Below, one piece after another: positions 1 to 10,084 of a DNA stretch of 64,000 nucleotides. The stretch is from the NCBI GenBank assembly GCA_035515235.1, contig DATJBS010000031.1:53523-117522 (forward strand), given 5' to 3'. The notes below the pieces were generated by a model. The model was given only the letters and a program-made list of their open reading frames with translations, did not search any database and was not told where the DNA came from. The position numbers and the translations under genes were made by a program. Within the stretch, counting starts at the first letter, position 1, and every line of letters begins with the position of its first letter. Source of the DNA: Chitinophagales bacterium (GTDB lineage Bacteria > Bacteroidota > Bacteroidia > Chitinophagales > JADIYW01).

Positions 1-1
1 T

Positions 2-535
2 GATTATCCTTATAGAAGCAATCCAGTTAAAATACCGCTGCTTGAAGAAGTTTTTCAATCCTTTTCTGATAAGCTGATGATAGTAGAAATAAAATCTCAA
101 GGTGAATTAGGCAAACAATGCGTCCCTGAATTACTTCGCCTAATTGAAAAGTATAACATGCAAAAAAAGGTTTCAGTATTCTCTTTTGAAAAGAATGTTA
201 TAGATCATTTTGTATCATTAAATAAAATTGATGCTTATACAGGTGGATCTGCAAATGATATTCTAGATTTCATTGTAAATGCTGCCAACGGAACTTCAGA
301 CAAACTCATAATAAAGTACGATATGCTAGTAACACCCACCACTGTATCAGACTTTAATTTGAATTTAGATCACCCTTCTATTATTAATACAGCTAAAAAT
401 AAAAAGGTTTCACTTTGCTACTGGACCGTCAATGATGAGCCTTTAATGCGAAGACTAATTGAGAGTGGCGCTGATGGAATTATTACTGATAGAGCTGAAT
501 TATTACAAGTTGTTTTAGAAGATATGGGGTTTTAA
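2..535 (+). CDS. glycerophosphodiester phosphodiesterase (GDPD family), 5'-truncated by the window edge
   Basis: The frame is open from base 2 (DYPYRSNPVKIPLLEEVFQSF...). The C-terminal WTVNDEPLMRRLIESGADGIITDRAELL is GDPD-like. Confidence 0.7.
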   Translation, partial: DYPYRSNPVKIPLLEEVFQSFSDKLMIVEIKSQGELGKQCVPELLRLIEKYNMQKKVSVFSFEKNVIDHFVSLNKIDAYTGGSANDILDFIVNAANGTSDKLIIKYDMLVTPTTVSDFNLNLDHPSIINTAKNKKVSLCYWTVNDEPLMRRLIESGADGIITDRAELLQVVLEDMGF

Positions 536-825
536 TATTCTATTGATGGTAATCTGTTATTAATTACTATTTCATTGATTTTAAAATAGAATCAATAATA
601 CCATTTAATGCATTATTTGTCGATACTATTGAGTTTTAGCTAATGAATACTATTAAAAGTGCATTATAATACATTTCTGAAATAAAGGATTAATTGTTAT
701 AAATCTATGTGATGTAAAATTGCTCTCTTAATAACATTTTAGATTTTTGATTACAAAATAAATATTTACTATATTTATAATAAGCTATTTATGAAAACAA
801 TTTAACTTCTCAAATAATTTAAATA

Positions 826-1863
826 ATGTTAGAAACCAACCATATCCAATTTGTTCAGGAAATAAAAACTCAAATAAAAAATGCACAATATCGTGCTTTG
901 CAAAAAGTAAATAAAGAGCAAATTCATTTGTATTGGAATATCGGTAAGACAATTCTTGAAAAACAAAAGGAACATGGTTGGGGAAAAGGAATTGTAGAAA
1001 TATTAGCTACTGAATTGCAAAAAGAATTTGTAGGAATAAATGGTTTTTCTGCTCGTAATCTATGGTATATGCGAAACTTATATGAGCAATACTACAATAG
1101 TAATCTAATTCTGCAACCATTGGTTGCAGAAATTCCTTGGACACACAACATTCTGATTTTAGAGAAATGTAAAGACGAGCACGAAAGGTTTTATTATATA
1201 AATATGACTAAAAAATTTCAATGGTCAAAAACTATGCTTGTTAATGCTATTGAAAATAAACATTACCAAAATACCCTATTGAGTCAAAATAATTTTGTTA
1301 ATACTTTAGATAAAAATGTTGCAAAGGATGCGAATTTGATTGTTAAAGATGAATATACATTTGATTTTTTAAACTTATCCGAGCCATACTCTGAAGCGCA
1401 ATTAGAGCAAGCTATCCTTTCGAATATTAGAAATTTTCTTGTAGAATTAGGAGGCGACTTCTCGTTTATTGGTAATCAATATCCTTTAAAATATGAAGAT
1501 AAAACATTCGAAATAGATTTATTACTTTTTCACAGAGAACTACAATGCTTAGTTGCTATTGATTTAAAAATTGATGAATTCAATCCAGAAATGGCAGGTA
1601 AAATGAATTTTTATCTTTCGACTATCAATAAATTAGTCAAGAAAAAGCACGAAAACCCAAGTATTGGAGTGATTATTTGCAAGTCTAAAAATAGAACTAC
1701 AGTTGAATTTGCGTTGCAAGATATTAACAAGCCTATAGGTATAGCAACCTATACATTAAGCAAAGAGCTACCAAAAAATATACGTGTTTTTTTTCCATCC
1801 AACCAAGAATTTGTTGATAAAGTAGAAAGCATTACCAACTATATAAAAACTCATAAAAAATAA
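826..1863 (+). CDS. YhcG/DUF1016-type PD-(D/E)XK nuclease domain protein
   Basis: ELGGDFSFIGNQYPLKYEDKTFEIDLLLFHRELQCLVAIDLKIDEFNPEMAGKMNFYL matches the DUF1016 C-terminal nuclease core (D ... D-L-K). The upstream region 536-825 is very AT-rich. Confidence 0.75.
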   Translation: MLETNHIQFVQEIKTQIKNAQYRALQKVNKEQIHLYWNIGKTILEKQKEHGWGKGIVEILATELQKEFVGINGFSARNLWYMRNLYEQYYNSNLILQPLVAEIPWTHNILILEKCKDEHERFYYINMTKKFQWSKTMLVNAIENKHYQNTLLSQNNFVNTLDKNVAKDANLIVKDEYTFDFLNLSEPYSEAQLEQAILSNIRNFLVELGGDFSFIGNQYPLKYEDKTFEIDLLLFHRELQCLVAIDLKIDEFNPEMAGKMNFYLSTINKLVKKKHENPSIGVIICKSKNRTTVEFALQDINKPIGIATYTLSKELPKNIRVFFPSNQEFVDKVESITNYIKTHKK

Positions 1864-1868
1864 ATCCC

Positions 1869-2990
1869 CTAATTAATATGATATCCTTGACTACTCAATT
1901 CTAACGAACAAAAATACTGATAAGCTTGTGGGTCTAATGGATAGTCCCAACAACCAATACCATGAAATAATTCACCACCAAAACCGATTTTGAATTTATA
2001 AAGTCCATACATAGGATGAGAAGGGGTAGGATTAGGAGCTACGCCGAACATGTCATACTCTGTACAACCTTTGGATTTTGCTATTTGCATAGCTTCCCAT
2101 TGTAAAGCGTAAGTAGCCATGAAGTTTCTATTTGTACTTGAAGAAGCTCCGTATAAATATGAAGCTCTATTCTTACTAATAATTAAAAACATCGCTGCCA
2201 AAGGCATAGCATCGACTTCTGCAATCATCAATAAAACTTCCGTAGTGTCGCTTTCATTAGTTAATTGAGCATTTAAGACAGCTTGGAAGTATTTGATATC
2301 GTTGATGTTTAAGTTATTCCTCATTGCAGTTTCTTGATACAGTTGGTACCACACGTCAATATTTTCGATGCCAATAGTTTTTACTTGTACACCCTTTCTC
2401 TCAGACAAACCTATATTATACCTTGTTTTAGGTTTCATATTTTGGAGCAATTGCTGATTGTCTTTTTGCAAATCGACATAGATGGTATTAGAAGGCAATA
2501 AATTACTCGGAGCTTTTCTGAAATTCCAATTTTGTGTGCTGAAATTAAATCGAAGTTCTTGCATACGATTTTCTGGTGGACCTTTCCATATGCCATTTTC
2601 ATCGAAGTCTTCTTCATTTTTTGCCCAATAGGAGAGCCAGTTTAAATCATAACGAATCAAAATGCAATTTGAAGGAAGATAAGGACGGATACATTCCGAC
2701 AATTCCTCTAAAAATTCTCCTTGTAATTCTTCTGAAGGTTCAAGCTCAGGACCATAAGGGATATAAGCAACTGTATGCTTGGAATCGATTTGTTGTAGGA
2801 TGATTAGAATATCTGAATCGATAAAACCCTCACTGTCATTATTAAAAAGCTCAGACTTTTTGATTTTAAAATTGATAGCTATGCTTTTATAGCCCAATTG
2901 ATTTTTTACTTGAGACCAAAAAGCAGTTTGCTGCATAATCGGAGTGTGGAATAATTCAAATGTTTCCTTTGGATGAATATCAGTAAGCAT
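1869..2990 (-). CDS. FemAB-family aminoacyltransferase-like protein (peptidoglycan bridge formation family)
   Basis: KPKTRYNIGLSERKGVQV and ATYALQWEAMQIAKSKGCTEYDMFGV resemble FemAB/GNAT-fold family motifs. Size is about 370 aa. Confidence 0.55.
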   Translation of the reverse strand: MLTDIHPKETFELFHTPIMQQTAFWSQVKNQLGYKSIAINFKIKKSELFNNDSEGFIDSDILIILQQIDSKHTVAYIPYGPELEPSEELQGEFLEELSECIRPYLPSNCILIRYDLNWLSYWAKNEEDFDENGIWKGPPENRMQELRFNFSTQNWNFRKAPSNLLPSNTIYVDLQKDNQQLLQNMKPKTRYNIGLSERKGVQVKTIGIENIDVWYQLYQETAMRNNLNINDIKYFQAVLNAQLTNESDTTEVLLMIAEVDAMPLAAMFLIISKNRASYLYGASSSTNRNFMATYALQWEAMQIAKSKGCTEYDMFGVAPNPTPSHPMYGLYKFKIGFGGELFHGIGCWDYPLDPQAYQYFCSLELSSQGYHIN

Positions 2991-3273
2991 GAGATACGAT
3001 TCTAACCACGATTCTAATGAATTTAGTCTTATATAATAAATTTTATACGTTAAGAATTAATAACTATCTGTAAAGGACTCAAAGTTTAATATCTATTCAA
3101 CAAAACGATGAAGTTTTATTATTAGAATAGACAAGTAATGACCAAAAGAATCTAGTATTTGTATCTTTGCCGACATCTCCTTATATTTTTAAGAAAATAC
3201 TTCTACAAATGTTTATAACTCGCTTTGAAACAAGATGTAGAGTTGATTAATTTTATCGGGACCAATAAATTAT

Positions 3274-5958
3274 ATGGAAGAATTGGACAATAACTCTTTA
3301 AATGAAGACTTGACAGGTCAGGAATCAATTATTTCTATTAGTGGAATGTACAAAAATTGGTTTCTGGATTATGCATCGTATGTAATATTAGAACGTGCAG
3401 TTCCAGCTGTATTAGATGGCTTCAAGCCTGTGCAGCGTAGGATATTGCATGCTATGAAGGAAATGGATGATGGCCGATTCAATAAGGTGGCAAACATCAT
3501 CGGTAGCACTATGCAATATCATCCGCATGGTGATGCTTCTATTGGTGATGCTATTGTCAATATCGGACAAAAGGATTTATTGATAGACTGTCAAGGAAAC
3601 TGGGGCGATATTCGTACCGGAGATAGAGCTGCAGCAGGTAGATATATTGAAGCAAGATTGTCCAAATTTGCTTTAGATGTAGCTTTTAATGCCGAAACCA
3701 CAGAATGGCAAATGTCATATGACGGCAGAAAAAGAGAGCCTGTTCATCTTCCAGTAAAATTCCCATTATTATTAGCTCAAGGTGCTGAAGGAATTGCAGT
3801 AGGATTGTCTACTAAAATTATCCCGCACAACTTCATTGAACTTATAGATGCGTCTATAGCTCATTTAAGAAAAAAGCCATTTGAATTAATGCCAGATTTT
3901 CTCACAGGAGGAATGGCAGATTGCCGGAATTATAATGATGGCAGACGAGGCGGTAAAATAAGAGTAAGAGCTAAAATTGAAGTTAGAGATAAGAAGACTT
4001 TAGCGATTACTGAGATTCCATTTAGTACGACTACTTCTAGCTTGATTGATTCTATTATCAAAGCAAATGATAAAGGGAAAATCAAAATCAAAAAAGTTAT
4101 TGATAACACGGCAAGAGATGTAGAAGTTCTTATAGAATTACATCCGAATGTTTCTACAAGTGTCACCGTAGATGCTTTATATGCATTTTCAGACTGTGAG
4201 GTTTCTGTTTCGCCCAATACTTGTGTGATTGTAGGCGACAAACCTATGTTTTTAGGAGCGTCAGATGTTTTGAGAATCTGTACAGATAGTACCGTTTATT
4301 TACTCAAGAGAGAATTAGAAATCAAACTAGGTCATCTTCAAGATAAATGGCATTTCTCTTCATTAGAAAAAATCTTCATTGAAAATAGAATTTATCGTGA
4401 CATAGAAGAGTGTGAGACTTGGGAAGCTGTCATCGAAGCAATTGATTTAGGATTAGAACCATTTAAGAAATTATTTTTTAGAGAAATTACAACAGATGAT
4501 ATTGTAAGATTGACAGAAATTAAAATCAAAAGGATATCAAAATTTGACACTTTTAAAGCAGATGAATACATTCTCCAACTAGAGAAAGATATAGAAGAAG
4601 TCAAACATCATTTAGAGCATTTGGTAACATATGCGATTGATTATTACAAGCGACTTAGAGAAAAATACGGTAAAGGAAGAGAGCGAAAAACATTGTTGAG
4701 TAGTTTCGACCAAGTTGAAGTCAAACAAGTAGCTGCCAATAATGAGAAACTGTATGTAAATAGAACAGAAGGTTTCGTTGGTTATGGAAAAGATATGAGA
4801 AAAGAAGAGTTCGTCATGGACTGTTCAGATATAGATGATGTCATCGTATTTCTCAAAAGTGGTGGATATAAAGTAGTTTCTATAAGTGATAAAGTCTTTG
4901 TAGGGAAAGATATTCTGTATGTGAATATTTGGAACAAAGGAGATGAAAGAATGACTTATAACGCCATTTATTTAGATGGCAAATCAGGTACCACTTATGC
5001 TAAAAGATTCAATGTCACTGGTGTAACTAGAGATAAAGAATACAATATCACAAAGGAAACACCACGCTCTAAATTATTATACTTCTCAGCAAATCCTAAC
5101 GGTGAAGCAGAGATTGTAAGCATACAATTATCTCAAGGTTGTTCAGCTAAAAAGAAAACTTTTGAATTCGGATTTTCAGATATTACCATAAAAGGAAAAA
5201 GCTCTCAAGGAAATCAAGTCACCAAATACCCTGTGAGAAAAGTGGAACAAAAATCTGTAGGGATTTCTACTTTGGGCGGTCTAGATATGTATATGGACGA
5301 AGAGGTAGGAAGATTGAATAAAGATAAAAGAGGTCGATTCCTAGGGAATTTTATCGGAGATGATAAGATACTCGTAGTTTTCAAAACTGGTGAATATATG
5401 TTGACCAATATTGAATTAACGAATAGATATGAATTGAAAGACATCTTAATTCTAGAGAAGTTTCAACCTAAAAAACCTCTATCTGTCATACATTATTACC
5501 CTTCTAAAAAGTGCTATTATGTCAAAAGATTTTTGATTGAAACCACTACTTTAGACCAGAAATATAGCTTTATAGCCGATGAGGCAGGAGCAGAGTTGAC
5601 CTTTATAACTTTAGTGAAAAATCCAATAGTCAAATACACTTTAGACTTAGGCAAAAAACAAATTAGCGAAGAAGAAGTAGCTCTAGCTGAATTAATTGAC
5701 GTGAAAGGTTGGAAAGCTATCGGTAATAAATTAGTAGCAGGAAAAATCAAAGAAGTCGTTCTGATTCCACCCGCTGAGGATGAAGAAGAGGACGATAGCG
5801 ATGATGATTCTAATGACCCGGACGGTGGTTCTGATAATGAACCTAATAGTGGAGGTGACAATAATCCTGCGAATGAAGAGGAAGAGCAAGCGTCAAGCTA
5901 TAATGTCGAATTAGAAATCACTAATTTTCAACAAGGAGAGCAAGGAAGTCTATTTTAA
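3274..5958 (+). CDS. parC: DNA topoisomerase IV subunit A (type IIA topoisomerase A subunit)
   Basis: YASYVILERAVPAVLDGFKPVQRRILHAM plus QYHPHGDASIGDAIV are type IIA A-subunit signatures. At 894 aa the length is Bacteroidota ParC-like. The C-terminal tail is acidic and low-complexity. Confidence 0.8.
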   Translation: MEELDNNSLNEDLTGQESIISISGMYKNWFLDYASYVILERAVPAVLDGFKPVQRRILHAMKEMDDGRFNKVANIIGSTMQYHPHGDASIGDAIVNIGQKDLLIDCQGNWGDIRTGDRAAAGRYIEARLSKFALDVAFNAETTEWQMSYDGRKREPVHLPVKFPLLLAQGAEGIAVGLSTKIIPHNFIELIDASIAHLRKKPFELMPDFLTGGMADCRNYNDGRRGGKIRVRAKIEVRDKKTLAITEIPFSTTTSSLIDSIIKANDKGKIKIKKVIDNTARDVEVLIELHPNVSTSVTVDALYAFSDCEVSVSPNTCVIVGDKPMFLGASDVLRICTDSTVYLLKRELEIKLGHLQDKWHFSSLEKIFIENRIYRDIEECETWEAVIEAIDLGLEPFKKLFFREITTDDIVRLTEIKIKRISKFDTFKADEYILQLEKDIEEVKHHLEHLVTYAIDYYKRLREKYGKGRERKTLLSSFDQVEVKQVAANNEKLYVNRTEGFVGYGKDMRKEEFVMDCSDIDDVIVFLKSGGYKVVSISDKVFVGKDILYVNIWNKGDERMTYNAIYLDGKSGTTYAKRFNVTGVTRDKEYNITKETPRSKLLYFSANPNGEAEIVSIQLSQGCSAKKKTFEFGFSDITIKGKSSQGNQVTKYPVRKVEQKSVGISTLGGLDMYMDEEVGRLNKDKRGRFLGNFIGDDKILVVFKTGEYMLTNIELTNRYELKDILILEKFQPKKPLSVIHYYPSKKCYYVKRFLIETTTLDQKYSFIADEAGAELTFITLVKNPIVKYTLDLGKKQISEEEVALAELIDVKGWKAIGNKLVAGKIKEVVLIPPAEDEEEDDSDDDSNDPDGGSDNEPNSGGDNNPANEEEEQASSYNVELEITNFQQGEQGSLF

Positions 5959-5975
5959 GCTATTTTTTTCAAATC

Positions 5976-6093
5976 ATCCCGAAGGGATTAAATATTTATA
6001 GAAGTTGGTTGGTTAATTAAATGTTCGACCCTGAAAGGGTCGTATCCTTTATTTGTATTGGTTTATTATAAATATATGAACCACTTTGGGTTC
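5976..6093. repeat. three short stem-loops downstream of parC (atcccGAAgggat 5976-5988, cgacccTGAAAgggtcg 6026-6042, tgaaccACTTTGggttca about 6077-6094 followed by a T-run)
   Basis: The inverted repeats were read directly. The first module plus its flank recurs at 9539-9567 (25/29 identical). Confidence 0.6.
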
Positions 6094-6299
6094 AATTTTT
6101 TGTATTCCATAAAAACTTGATTTTTTTGATTTTTCTTTATGTTGGAATAATTTAATATCTTCTTGTTAATTTTAAGTTATAGCTAAGTAGTGTTAAAAAT
6201 TTATGTTTATTAAGAATAGTTTTAAATAAGCTTTCGATTTTTATTTATTTTATTTATCTTAAGTCTATTATTTAACTAGACTATTAAAAAGCATATATT

Positions 6300-6935
6300 A
6301 TGTCATTAAGATTAGGCGATATCGCACCGAATTTCCAAGCAGAAACTACTCAAGGAAACATTGATTTTTACGAGTTTATGGGTGATGGTTGGACAGTATT
6401 ATTTTCTCATCCAGCAGATTACACACCAGTTTGTACTACAGAATTAGGTTTTACTGCAAAGTTGAAAAGTGAGTTTGACAAAAGAAATGCAAAAGCAATC
6501 GCTATCAGCGTAGACCCTTTAGATTCTCACATGGGTTGGATTAAAGACATTGAGGAAACTCAAAGTACTACCATGAATTTCCCAATTATAGCTGATCCAG
6601 AGAAGAAAGTTTCTGAGTTGTATGATATGATTCATCCTAATGCAAGTGCAAGCTTTACGGTTCGTTCTGTATTCATTATCGGCCCAGATAAAAAAATCAA
6701 ATTGATGATTACTTATCCAGCTTCTACAGGTAGAAATTTCCACGAAATTCTTAGAGTAATTGATTCATTACAATTGACAGCAGATTACAGCGTAGCTACC
6801 CCTGCAAACTGGGAAGATGGTCAAGATGTAGTAATTGCACCACATATTTCTGATGAAGATGCTACAGTAAAATTTCCAAAAGGATATAATAAATTGAAAT
6901 CTTACTTGAGATTAACTCCTCAACCGAATAAATAA
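6300..6935 (+). CDS. peroxiredoxin, 1-Cys (Prx6-like) type
   Basis: FSHPADYTPVCTTELG is the peroxidatic Cys motif. Length is 211 aa. Confidence 0.9.
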   Translation: MSLRLGDIAPNFQAETTQGNIDFYEFMGDGWTVLFSHPADYTPVCTTELGFTAKLKSEFDKRNAKAIAISVDPLDSHMGWIKDIEETQSTTMNFPIIADPEKKVSELYDMIHPNASASFTVRSVFIIGPDKKIKLMITYPASTGRNFHEILRVIDSLQLTADYSVATPANWEDGQDVVIAPHISDEDATVKFPKGYNKLKSYLRLTPQPNK

Positions 6936-6960
6936 TTTCAAACTCAAATAGAAATTTACG

Positions 6961-6990
6961 AGGCTACTGATTTCAGTGGCCTTTTTTTAT
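6961..6990 (+). terminator. intrinsic terminator after the peroxiredoxin gene
   Basis: Hairpin aggctactga/tcagtggcct followed by T7. Confidence 0.7.
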
Positions 6991-6996
6991 TGTAGA

Positions 6997-7085
6997 TTTT
7001 TGGGCAGCATTTCCGGCTTTCGTTTCATCTTCCTTCTTTTTCCAAAAAAGAAGGTGATATTCCACTCTATCCGGGCTGCGCGATT
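6997..7085. repeat. GC-richer intergenic element, copy A (TTTTTGGGCAGC ... GCTGCGCGATT with an internal hairpin)
   Basis: It shares both termini with copy B at 11689-11791. The internal stem is ccttcttttt/aaaaagaagg. Confidence 0.55.
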
Positions 7086-7192
7086 CTACTTAAATTTCAG
7101 CTGATATTTTCATTTTAAATTGAACAATTTCTGCTTTTTTCTATTAATACTATGTTCAACATTCGACTAATTTTCCAAATAAAAATATATTT

Positions 7193-8257
7193 ATGATAGC
7201 TACTAAAGCTTATGCCGCTCATCACTCCAAAGATGATTTAAAACCATTCCAACTAGATAGAAGAAACCTAAAAGAACAAGATGTTTTAATTGATATTGAA
7301 TTTTGTGGTATTTGCCATTCAGATATCCATACAGTGAATAGTGATTGGGGACCAGCAAATTATCCTGTAGTTCCAGGCCATGAAATAGTAGGAAGAGTAC
7401 TTGAGATTGGCAGTCAAGTTTCCAAATTTAAAGTTGGAGATTTCGTAGGAGTGGGGTGTTTAGTAGATTCTTGTCAAAAATGTGAATCTTGTTCTGATGG
7501 ATTAGAGCAATATTGCACAGGCGGTTCGACTGCCACATATAATTCAAAAGATAGAGTCTCTGGAGGATTTACTTACGGAGGATATTCTGATAAGATTGTA
7601 GTTACTGAAAATTTTGTTGTAAAAGTTCCTGAGAATATTGACCCAGCAGGTGCAGCTCCTTTATTATGTGCAGGAATTACGACTTGGTCACCACTTCAAA
7701 AATGGAATGTAAAAGCAGGAGATAAAGTTGGAGTTATTGGTCTTGGAGGATTAGGACACATGGGAGTGAAATTTGCTCATGCTTTGGGTGCTTATGTGGT
7801 GATGATTACAACATCTCCCGATAAAGGAGCAGATGCAAAAAAGCTTGGAGCTGATGAAGTATTGATTTCTACAGATGAAGAAGCTATGGCTAAAAGTGCA
7901 ATGAGTTTTGATTTTTTATTGAATACTATTCCTGTAAAACACAATGCAAATCCATACATCAATCTCTTAAAAAGAGATGCAACTATGGTTTTTGTTGGAG
8001 CTATTGAGCCTATCGAACCTATTCACATGGGTTTAATGGTTTTAAAAAGAAAAAACATTGCAGGTTCATTAATTGGTGGTATAAAAGAAACCCAGGAAAT
8101 GATGGACTTTTGCGGAGAACATAATATCACTTCAGATGTGGAGGTGATTCCTATCCAAGAAGTCAATAATGCATATACTCGTGTTCTTAAGAATGACATT
8201 AAGTACAGATTTGTTATAGATATGAAGTCCTTAAAAGACGAAAAAGTGGAGGATTAA
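7193..8257 (+). CDS. zinc-dependent NAD(P)-alcohol dehydrogenase (MDR family, YahK/cinnamyl-ADH-like)
   Basis: GICHSDIH and PGHEIVG are zinc-ligand motifs. The structural-zinc Cys cluster is CQKCESCSDGLEQYC and the GLGGLGH motif is the Rossmann site. Confidence 0.9.
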   Translation: MIATKAYAAHHSKDDLKPFQLDRRNLKEQDVLIDIEFCGICHSDIHTVNSDWGPANYPVVPGHEIVGRVLEIGSQVSKFKVGDFVGVGCLVDSCQKCESCSDGLEQYCTGGSTATYNSKDRVSGGFTYGGYSDKIVVTENFVVKVPENIDPAGAAPLLCAGITTWSPLQKWNVKAGDKVGVIGLGGLGHMGVKFAHALGAYVVMITTSPDKGADAKKLGADEVLISTDEEAMAKSAMSFDFLLNTIPVKHNANPYINLLKRDATMVFVGAIEPIEPIHMGLMVLKRKNIAGSLIGGIKETQEMMDFCGEHNITSDVEVIPIQEVNNAYTRVLKNDIKYRFVIDMKSLKDEKVED

Positions 8258-8259
8258 TT

Positions 8260-9255
8260 ATGAAATTATCAGAGATTCCTATTTCATTATTAGAATTAGC
8301 ATTAGTAACAAAAGGTAGTGATTTTAGCGAAACATTTGAAAAAACAGTAGCAATTGCTCAAAAAGCTGATGAACTTAACTATAAGAGAATCTGGTTTGCT
8401 GAACATCACAATATGGCACATGTAGCTAGTAGTGCGACAGTCGTTTTGATTGGTCATGTTGCTGGCAAAACAAAAAATATTAGAGTAGGGTCAGGTGGTA
8501 TTATGCTTCCTAATCATTCACCATTAGTAGTTGCAGAGCAGTTCGGAACATTAGAAGCTTTGTATCCTCATAGAATTGATTTGGGTTTAGGTAGAGCTCC
8601 CGGTACTGACCAATTGACAGCTCAGGCACTCAATAAAGATTTTTATCAAGCAGCACAAAGATTTCCAGAACATGTCACTCAGCTGCTTCAGTACTTTTCT
8701 TCAGATAACTCTAAGTCATCTGTAAGAGCTTATCCTGGAGAAAATGCAAATGTGCCTATTTGGATATTGGGAAGTAGCATGGACAGTGCAGTTTTAGCAG
8801 CACGTATGGGTTTACCTTATGCATTTGCAAGTCATTTTGCACCGACTTATTTAACAAGAGCTTTTGCATATTATCGAGAAAATTTTAAACCTTCTCCATA
8901 TTTAGACCAGCCTAAAACTATGGCTTGTGTGAATGTCATAATTGATGATACCAATGAAGCCGCAGAATTTCAAGCTTCAAGTATGTACAAGATGTTCTTG
9001 AATATCATCCGTGGTACTAGAGAGCCGTTGAGTCCACCATTCGAAAATTTGAATTCTATTTGGAGTCCAGAAGAAGAGAGCTATGTAAGAAATATGTTGG
9101 CTTGTTCATTTGTTGGAGATGCATCTACAGTCGAAAGAAGGTTACTAGAATTTCAAAAACTCGTTAATATGGATGAATTAATTATTGCTATTCCTCAATA
9201 CAATCATTCTGCCAAAATCAAAACCATAGAATTAGCTAGAAGTATTTTTAGTTAA
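8260..9255 (+). CDS. LLM-class (luciferase-like) flavin-dependent oxidoreductase
   Basis: RIWFAEHHNM, GSGGIMLPNHSPL and DLGLGRAPGTD are motifs typical of the YhbW/luciferase-like family. Confidence 0.85.
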   Translation: MKLSEIPISLLELALVTKGSDFSETFEKTVAIAQKADELNYKRIWFAEHHNMAHVASSATVVLIGHVAGKTKNIRVGSGGIMLPNHSPLVVAEQFGTLEALYPHRIDLGLGRAPGTDQLTAQALNKDFYQAAQRFPEHVTQLLQYFSSDNSKSSVRAYPGENANVPIWILGSSMDSAVLAARMGLPYAFASHFAPTYLTRAFAYYRENFKPSPYLDQPKTMACVNVIIDDTNEAAEFQASSMYKMFLNIIRGTREPLSPPFENLNSIWSPEEESYVRNMLACSFVGDASTVERRLLEFQKLVNMDELIIAIPQYNHSAKIKTIELARSIFS

Positions 9256-9299
9256 TTGTATTTAATGTGGCAATGAGATAATGCGGTAATGTGTTAATA

Positions 9300-10084
9300 A
9301 GATAATGATTGCTGGCATGTTCCTCGTTATTGTGGATTTAGTCGGCAATCTTCTAATACATTGCTTAAGAGATTCTGAAACGATTCTGAACTAAATTCAG
9401 AATGACAAGGTTCAGAATGACTGTGTAGTTAACCATAACCATAATGTCATTGCTGGCTTGACCCGCAATCTATAGTATTACTTATAGATTCTGAAACAAG
9501 TTCAGAATGACAAATCGGTAATAATTAAGAATCATGAAATCCCGTAGGGATGACATGTTTATAGAAGATGCATGTTTCTAGATGATATGTTTCTAGCAAA
9601 ACGCCGCGAGAGGGATAGAATGGAGTATCACCCGAAATATCATGGAGGGAAGACGTAATGATAGCCCGACCCGAAGGGGCTCGCCCAAATTATGGTATTG
9701 GGAATAGATTCTGAAACAGAATGACTGCGTGTTTTGTTTTACAATTCGTGTAGAGATCCTTTCAGGATGACATAAGAATAGTTTGCTTCGTTCCTCGCAA
9801 TGACGTATTACAATTCCGTCATTGCGGGCTTGAACCGTAATCTCTATCGTATTATTTATGGATTCTGAAACAAGTTCAGAATGACTGTGTAGTTAACCAT
9901 AACCATAATGTCATTGCGGGCTTGACCCGTAATCTAATGCGTATTTCACAATAGATTCCCAACCAAGTTCAGAATGACAAGTTCAAAATGTTTGTTTCAG
10001 CTAATGAATATAAACGGTCAAACTCTTTTAGGATAAACTATTTTCTTTGGTCTGTCGTCTACTGTCTATTGTCTACCGTAAAAA
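9300..10084. repeat. intergenic field of mosaic hairpin modules
   Basis: The gattctgaaacaagttcagaatgac module occurs at 9487-9511 and 9861-9885, with degenerate copies at 9371-9421, 9707-9725 and 9954-9990. The gtcattgcNggcttgaMccgNaatc module occurs at 9446-9470, 9818-9842 and 9910-9934. A direct repeat of about 100 bp spans 9411-9511 and 9875-9977. Confidence 0.85.

Noticed and set aside
2435-2803. ORFs 2435..2617 and 2576..2803 inside the FemAB-like gene
   Set aside because: These are short shadow frames within a longer, motif-supported ORF.
9256-10084. Possible CRISPR array, because of many short recurring repeats
   Set aside because: The repeats are several different palindromic modules with irregular spacing and variable orientation. 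There is no constant repeat-spacer periodicity and no cas genes in the window.
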